Source: Pseudomonadota bacterium (GTDB lineage: Bacteria > UBA10199 > 2-02-FULL-44-16 > JBDRGF01). Taken from it: 11,267 bases of DNA. Below the pieces are notes generated by a model. The model made no database searches, was not told the DNA's origin, and saw nothing but the letters and a program-made list of their open reading frames with translations. Position 1 is the first letter of the stretch, and every line of letters starts with the position of its first letter. This document shows positions 6,219 through 11,267 of the stretch, piece after piece. The stretch lies in contig JBDRGF010000012.1 in NCBI GenBank assembly GCA_043818055.1, positions 1 through 11,267 on the forward strand. Reading direction: 5' to 3'. A program made the position numbers and the translations under genes.

Positions 6219-8801
6219 TTAGAGAAGTTTTTGAAGTAATCCTTTAAGGTTTTTTGCCTTTGATAGGTCAGAGACTGAAAAGATGGAACGGCCTTGAGCC
6301 CCAAGTTTCTCATACTGGTCGGAAATCAACCCTTCATTTATGAATGCCTGGATCACGTTGTAGAATGTCTGCGAAGATGTCGCTTCGACCCTCGAAACAG
6401 AGCCCAGTAGAAACATCTCATTGGCTGTTTTTAACATCGCCTCTTTGAGGTCTTCTTCGGAAATCTCGTCCGGCAGGTCGGATACTATCGAGGTCAGGGC
6501 TATATAATAGGTTTCAAGGTAGCTCCTGATCTGTTCACTAAGGTGGAAGGTATCCAGCGAATCTTTGATGTTTTTTCCACACCACTCAATAATCTCATCC
6601 AGATCCTCTTCAACCGGTTCATTGAAAAACTCCCATTTCAGGAGGCTGTATATCATGTTGAATTTCTCTTTGATCTCTTCTTTCGAAGCCTCACCCGCGT
6701 AATACATTATATATGCGATCAGAGAGAGCGGGGCCGTAAAGTTTATAATCCCGTTCTTGTAATAGCTTAGATCGGTGCGTTTGGCGGTAGAGATCTCATA
6801 AAACGGCACTTTCGAATCGGCATGCAGCGAGATCAGTCTTTTGCTTTCAAATTTAGCCAGCGCGTCTTCTAACGATCCCTTTCTGTCCTTCATAAGCCTC
6901 TGTCCCACAGGAAAATTCTTTTCGATCATCCAATCGAGCAGCAGGTCCGCTGTTCTGCTGATGTCGCTTAAGCCAAACCCCCTCTCCTTTGTGGAGAGCA
7001 GCGCTGATGCGGCTAAAGCTGTCGGCGTGATTACGATGTTTTTGTTGATCTCTTTCATTATCGAGTTGGCGATGCCATCGACCGGATCGCTGGATGGATT
7101 GATTTCTATCGGCGAGCCGAAATTGATATGTATTCTTCCGTATCGATGTTTTTGCTTCCTTAAGAATCTCATGAGCGAGAAGAGGTGCTGAAAACGCTCT
7201 TTCTCTTTTTCCTTTCCCTTCATCTCTTCCATATATTTTGATTCTTCGATCACGCTGTCATATGTGAATGTGACAGGGACGAATGTGAGACTTTCCTTTT
7301 TTGCGACTGATGCCGCCTTACAATACATCTTGATCATTCCCAGTCTGGGAAAAAGCGATTTTCCGGTTCTTGAACGTCCCCCCTCGATAAAGAATTCCTG
7401 AGTGTATCCGGCTTTGATGAGTGTTTGGAGGTACGATTCAAAAACCTGTCTGTAGAGGGCGTTTCCTCTGAACGATCTTCTCAAAAAATACGCACCCCCG
7501 CGCCTGAAGATCGCACCGAGCGGCCAGAATGAAAGGTTGAGCCCGGCGGCAACTAGGGGAGGTGTCATCTTGTTGTTATGCAGAACGAATGAGAGGATCA
7601 GATAATCAAGGTGGCTGCGGTGATTCGGCACAAGAATCAGCGGTCCTGCTTTTGCAATCTCTTTGAGGCGGGAAAGATTCTCTTCATCTATGATCAAACC
7701 GTCGTAGAGGTTTCTGAAGACCCACGACATAAATCTGTTGGCGAGTTCGATGAAAGTATAATTGACGTCGGCGGCGATCTCGTTAATGTAGCGTTTGGCC
7801 AGTATCTGAAGATGCTCAGTCTCTTTATTGCGTTCAATCGCAAGCTGGGAAATCTTGTTCTCAAGGTTTTCGTCTTCGATAACCTCTTTGATAAACCAGC
7901 TCTTCGGCCTGATCGGCGGGCCAATCGTCTGGGTTCTTTTGATCTTTATTTTTTCCAGTATGGTCTCTTTAAGCTTTTGCGTCTCTTCACCCTTTTTGCA
8001 TGTGGAGATGAGATCCTTAAGGTTGATCGGATCAGACAATACCGCCAGCGCGTGCTGGTTATAATGTCTTAGGAAGAGAATCTTCCTTCTTAAAAATCCC
8101 GGATTTTCCTTCTCTCCGAAGAGGATATTGAAGAGGCTATTTGGATTTGATTTCGAATGGTAATTCCAGATGAAATCGATCGGGACTATCAATATCGGCT
8201 TTGGCGCTTTATCCTGATTTTCGATGAGGGCGAGGAGGAGCTGTTCGCTCTTTTCCGGAAAGAGTTCGTCATCCTTGAGCTCGGAAGCGGAAAGAGATAA
8301 GAGAAGGGGAGAGCCTTCTAAGATAGTTTTGGCGATGAAGCCCGTTGATATCGGATCGCGAATATATCCAAATTTTTCGATCTCCTCCCATTGGCTGGCT
8401 AAAGTTTGCTTGAGGTCATGCCATTTCAACCAGAATCTGGTAGATACATCATTGGTGATTGCAGAGAGTGGAAGCCCCAGTTCGAGAAAGAGGTGGTTGA
8501 AATAGAGGTGCTCTAACACTCCTAAGTCCTTGCCGACATATACGATGGTGTGGTCATGCGAAAGAATTGAAAGATCATGATCGCGAGGTGCATGATAATT
8601 CACATGTTTATAGTAGTGGGGCAGGATCTTTTCCGCGATCCAGTTGTATTCCCTCCTCATCTGAGACGCAAAGCTGTCGCCATCGGATGTCTTGGGAATG
8701 AATCCCGGCCGGATGCGCTTGCAAAGCTTGTACAGAGGCAACGCGCCCTTAAGGCATATATGTGAAAAAAAACGCTTTTCTTCCGTCATCTGGCGAATCA
8801 T
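6219..8801 (-). CDS. plsB: Glycerol-3-phosphate O-acyltransferase (PlsB/GPAT family); exact start uncertain
   Basis: Acyltransferase motifs NHRSHLDY (HX4D), GGAYFLRR, FFIEGGRSRTGK and VPVTFTYD. ~860 aa, with a degenerate N-terminal acyltransferase-like region and GPAT-type C-terminal extension. Confidence 0.88.
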   Translation of the reverse strand: MIRQMTEEKRFFSHICLKGALPLYKLCKRIRPGFIPKTSDGDSFASQMRREYNWIAEKILPHYYKHVNYHAPRDHDLSILSHDHTIVYVGKDLGVLEHLYFNHLFLELGLPLSAITNDVSTRFWLKWHDLKQTLASQWEEIEKFGYIRDPISTGFIAKTILEGSPLLLSLSASELKDDELFPEKSEQLLLALIENQDKAPKPILIVPIDFIWNYHSKSNPNSLFNILFGEKENPGFLRRKILFLRHYNQHALAVLSDPINLKDLISTCKKGEETQKLKETILEKIKIKRTQTIGPPIRPKSWFIKEVIEDENLENKISQLAIERNKETEHLQILAKRYINEIAADVNYTFIELANRFMSWVFRNLYDGLIIDEENLSRLKEIAKAGPLILVPNHRSHLDYLILSFVLHNNKMTPPLVAAGLNLSFWPLGAIFRRGGAYFLRRSFRGNALYRQVFESYLQTLIKAGYTQEFFIEGGRSRTGKSLFPRLGMIKMYCKAASVAKKESLTFVPVTFTYDSVIEESKYMEEMKGKEKEKERFQHLFSLMRFLRKQKHRYGRIHINFGSPIEINPSSDPVDGIANSIMKEINKNIVITPTALAASALLSTKERGFGLSDISRTADLLLDWMIEKNFPVGQRLMKDRKGSLEDALAKFESKRLISLHADSKVPFYEISTAKRTDLSYYKNGIINFTAPLSLIAYIMYYAGEASKEEIKEKFNMIYSLLKWEFFNEPVEEDLDEIIEWCGKNIKDSLDTFHLSEQIRSYLETYYIALTSIVSDLPDEISEEDLKEAMLKTANEMFLLGSVSRVEATSSQTFYNVIQAFINEGLISDQYEKLGAQGRSIFSVSDLSKAKNLKGLLQKLL

Positions 8802-8890
8802 GTGCCAGATTCATGAGATGTTCAAGACAATTTTTTCACCTTGCTTTCTTGAAGGTAAATTGGTTTCTATCGATCCTCGATGGAGGAAAT

Positions 8891-10660
8891 ATGGGGAATA
8901 TAAGGAAGTTGCCAAAGGCGTTGATCGAGAAGATCGCAGCCGGAGAGGTGGTCGAGAGGCCAGCCTCTGTTGTGAAGGAGTTGGTCGAAAACTCGCTCGA
9001 CGCGGGCGCTAAGGCTGTACGCGTGGAGATTCTTCAGGGCGGGCGCTCTCTTATTAGAATTGAGGATGACGGATGCGGCATCGGAAGGGATGATTTAGAG
9101 CTAGCTATAGTTAGGCATGCTACGAGCAAAATAGCCGAAGAAGAGGATCTCTTCAATATCATGCAGTTTGGGTTTAGAGGAGAGGCGCTCTCTGCAATCG
9201 GGGCTGTCTCTAAAATGACGATTTCAAGCAAATTATCAGATGCCCTCGAAGGTTGGAGCATTCATGTCGCTGGTGAAAAGATCGAAGGTCCAACACCCGT
9301 AGGTTGCAACAAGGGAACAACAATTGAAGTGAAGGATCTCTATTTCAACACCCCTGCGAGGGAGAAGTTTCTTCGCTCGAAGGGTGTCGAATTCGGTCAC
9401 ATCGCATCTGTTTTCGAAAAGCTCTCTTTGATCAGCCCCGCCGTTCGTTTCGAACTGGTGCATGAGGGGAGGGTGGTCAAGGTGCTTCCATCTGTTGTAG
9501 ATTGGAAGGATAGAATATTATCATCGTTCAACATCGCTGATAAGGGATCGCTCATAGATCTCGAAGAGATCGGCGATGGTACCCTGCTCAAGGGCGTTGT
9601 CGGTCTGCATGATCTCACCACAACGACGGGCAAACATTTGCATATGTATGTCAACGGGCGACCTGTTTTGGATAAGATGCTCACGCATGCCGTAATGAGC
9701 GGATATGGGGAATCGCTCTTAAGCGGCAAATATCCGGTGGCTGTGCTAAATCTCCATGTCGATCCGGGTAGGGTCGATGTCAACGTTCATCCCTCAAAGA
9801 GAGAAGTCCGTTTTGATAACCACGCCGCTATTCATGATTTCGTGATGTCTTCAATTCGAAAGCATGCTACGGGAAAATCCAGCACGAAGGGCTATTCCAG
9901 CATGCAGTTTCATTCAGATGAAAAGCCAAGTGTAAATTTTATGTGGGCGGGAGAAAAAGGTACTTCTGTAGAGTCTCCCAATAAGGTCGTTGATGTAGCC
10001 GCGGGCTTTAGCCCGCGTTATAATACGCAGGCTAAAGCCTGCGGCTACCAAAAAGAGGGTGGAGAACAAAATTCTTTAATATCCGATTCCCACCTCCATG
10101 TCGTAGGCTCTCTGAGCAAAACTTATATTCTCTGTCAGGGAGTTGATGGAGAACTCGTGATCGTCGATCAGCACGCTGCCCATGAGAGGCTCGGCTTCGA
10201 TGAACTCAAAAAAGAATTTCAAAAAGGCGCTGTCTCAAGACAGAGCTTGCTCTTACCACAGCAGGTCGATCTGAACACGCAGCATTTTTCAGTCATCACA
10301 GAGGAGCGGGAGAGATTTGATAAAATCGGTTTTGAGATCGAACCGTTCGGTGAGAGAGTGATACTCGTCAAAGCTCACCCTGCAATCATCGGCCATGCAG
10401 ATGTGGCAAGCCTGCTAGAGAAACTCGCTCAGGATATCATGGAGTATGGAAGCTCAGAGGCGGATGAAGATCTCTTCGACAGGCTCTTTGCGACGATCGC
10501 ATGCCATCGTCAGGTGAGGGCAGGGGACATGCTTTCAGTAAAAGAACTTCAACATCTTGTCGATGAAATGATTGCGAAGAAGATAGAAGCCTGCCCCCAC
10601 GGAAGGCCCGTGATGGTGCGGGTGGATAAGAGAGAGATTGAGAAGTGGTTTAAAAGATAG
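8891..10660 (+). CDS. mutL: DNA mismatch repair endonuclease MutL (589 aa)
   Basis: Start reassigned to ATG 8891 (SD GGAGG at 8882-8886). Motifs IAAGEVVERPASVVKELVENSLDAG, GFRGEAL and VDVNVHPSKREVRF; C-terminal DQHAAHER, QSLLLP, ACH and CPHGRP. Confidence 0.98.
   Translation: MGNIRKLPKALIEKIAAGEVVERPASVVKELVENSLDAGAKAVRVEILQGGRSLIRIEDDGCGIGRDDLELAIVRHATSKIAEEEDLFNIMQFGFRGEALSAIGAVSKMTISSKLSDALEGWSIHVAGEKIEGPTPVGCNKGTTIEVKDLYFNTPAREKFLRSKGVEFGHIASVFEKLSLISPAVRFELVHEGRVVKVLPSVVDWKDRILSSFNIADKGSLIDLEEIGDGTLLKGVVGLHDLTTTTGKHLHMYVNGRPVLDKMLTHAVMSGYGESLLSGKYPVAVLNLHVDPGRVDVNVHPSKREVRFDNHAAIHDFVMSSIRKHATGKSSTKGYSSMQFHSDEKPSVNFMWAGEKGTSVESPNKVVDVAAGFSPRYNTQAKACGYQKEGGEQNSLISDSHLHVVGSLSKTYILCQGVDGELVIVDQHAAHERLGFDELKKEFQKGAVSRQSLLLPQQVDLNTQHFSVITEERERFDKIGFEIEPFGERVILVKAHPAIIGHADVASLLEKLAQDIMEYGSSEADEDLFDRLFATIACHRQVRAGDMLSVKELQHLVDEMIAKKIEACPHGRPVMVRVDKREIEKWFKR
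9995..10048. repeat. GTAG-family REP doublet (REPIN-like) inserted in frame in the mutL linker
   Basis: GTAGCCGCGGGCTTTAGCCCGCGT-tataat-ACGCAGGCTAAAGCCTGCGGCTAC: 24-bp inverted arms with 2 mismatches, 54 bp = 18 codons. Confidence 0.92.
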
Positions 10661-10665
10661 CGATG

Positions 10666-10792
10666 CAAAAAACAAATAACAAAAGACAAATCCCAAATAA
10701 GCTCCAAATATCAAGTTCCAAAACTGTTAATCAAAGTTTGGGACTTGGATTTTGGAATTTATTTGTTATTTGGAATTTGAGATTTGGAATTT
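10666..10792. repeat. Inverted pair of heptamer arrays (CAAATNN / ATTTGGA) filling the mutL-miaA spacer
   Basis: Left arm CAAATAA CAAAAGA CAAATCC CAAATAA gctc CAAATAT CAAGTTC CAAAACT. Right arm GTTTGGG ACTTGGA TTTTGGA attt ATTTGTT ATTTGGA ATTTGAG ATTTGGA. Imperfect dyad centred near 10730. Confidence 0.85.
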
Positions 10793-10793
10793 T

Positions 10794-11267
10794 ATGAACA
10801 GGGAAAAAAATCAAACTCCAAGGATTGTAATCATCTGCGGTCCCACCGCCGTCGGCAAGACGCATGTTGGCATTGAGCTTGCGAAGCGATTTGATGGCGA
10901 GATCATCTCTGCCGATTCTCAGCAGGTCTGGCGTGGTTTTGATGTCGGCACGGCCAAGGCGGATCTGAAAGAACGAAGTGAGATCAAACACCATCTCATC
11001 GATATACTAAATCCTGATGAACATTTCGATGCTGCAAAGTTTATCGCCCTGGCCGATGAGAAGATCACTGATGTCGCTTCAAGAGGGAAGAGAGTTTTTG
11101 TTGTAGGGGGGACAGGTTTATACATTAAAGCCCTTCTTCATGGGTTGAGTCCCTCACCCTCTCAGGATCGTGAATATCGCAAGGAGTTGACCTCGATCAT
11201 CGAAAGGGATGGCGTGACGAAGCTTCACGACATGCTCTCCGAAATCGACCCTGAAGGCGCGATGACG
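10794..11267 (+). CDS. miaA: tRNA dimethylallyltransferase MiaA, 5' part (runs off the window; absent from the ORF track)
   Basis: Manual translation gives MNREKNQTPRIVIICGPTAVGKT...EIISADSQQVWRGFDVGTAK...HHLID...VVGGTGLYIKAL. Conserved mutL-miaA synteny. Confidence 0.98.
   Translation, partial: MNREKNQTPRIVIICGPTAVGKTHVGIELAKRFDGEIISADSQQVWRGFDVGTAKADLKERSEIKHHLIDILNPDEHFDAAKFIALADEKITDVASRGKRVFVVGGTGLYIKALLHGLSPSPSQDREYRKELTSIIERDGVTKLHDMLSEIDPEGAMT

Noticed and set aside
8762..8890. 43-codon N-terminal extension of MutL overlapping plsB
   Set aside because: MutL homology starts at MGNIRKLP (8891), which has a GGAGG SD.
1796..9783. Numerous short antisense or alternate-frame ORFs in the track
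   Set aside because: They overlap well-supported genes and show no motifs, consistent with shadow ORFs.
10019..10024. TATAAT spacer of the REP doublet as an internal sigma70 promoter for miaA
   Set aside because: The corresponding -35 position (TAGCCG) matches TTGACA at only 3 of 6 and there is no extended -10 TG. Probably coincidental.
10731..11125. Minus-strand ORFs 10731..10994 and 10919..11125
   Set aside because: They are antisense to miaA and partly translate the heptamer repeat.

Overview
Bacterial chromosomal window, probably from a deltaproteobacterial-type lineage (inferred from the sigma54/IHF promoter, REP types, MutH-independent MutL and PlsB). The left part (607-3939) is a sigma54-promoter-led four-gene cluster made of two repeats of a [Met-rich helical protein + SycD/LcrH-like TPR chaperone] module. 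The two helical proteins share a paralogous ~120-aa C-terminal domain ending in a T3SS needle/filament-like motif, and the first has an N-terminal EF-hand. This is a candidate atypical type III secretion substrate/chaperone locus. Next come an RsuA/RluB-family pseudouridine synthase, a helical-repeat hypothetical gene behind a sigma28-like promoter, and an AT-rich spacer between convergent genes with a DnaA-box cluster (candidate oriC or DnaA-titration site). The window ends with plsB-like acyltransferase, mutL and the 5' part of miaA, which the ORF track misses. Small mobile-type repeats are abundant: a 202-bp MITE inserted into a REP while carrying a copy of that REP, GTAG-type REPs (one pair translated in frame inside MutL), and heptamer arrays. 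All alignments and counts were done by eye; no database searches were run.
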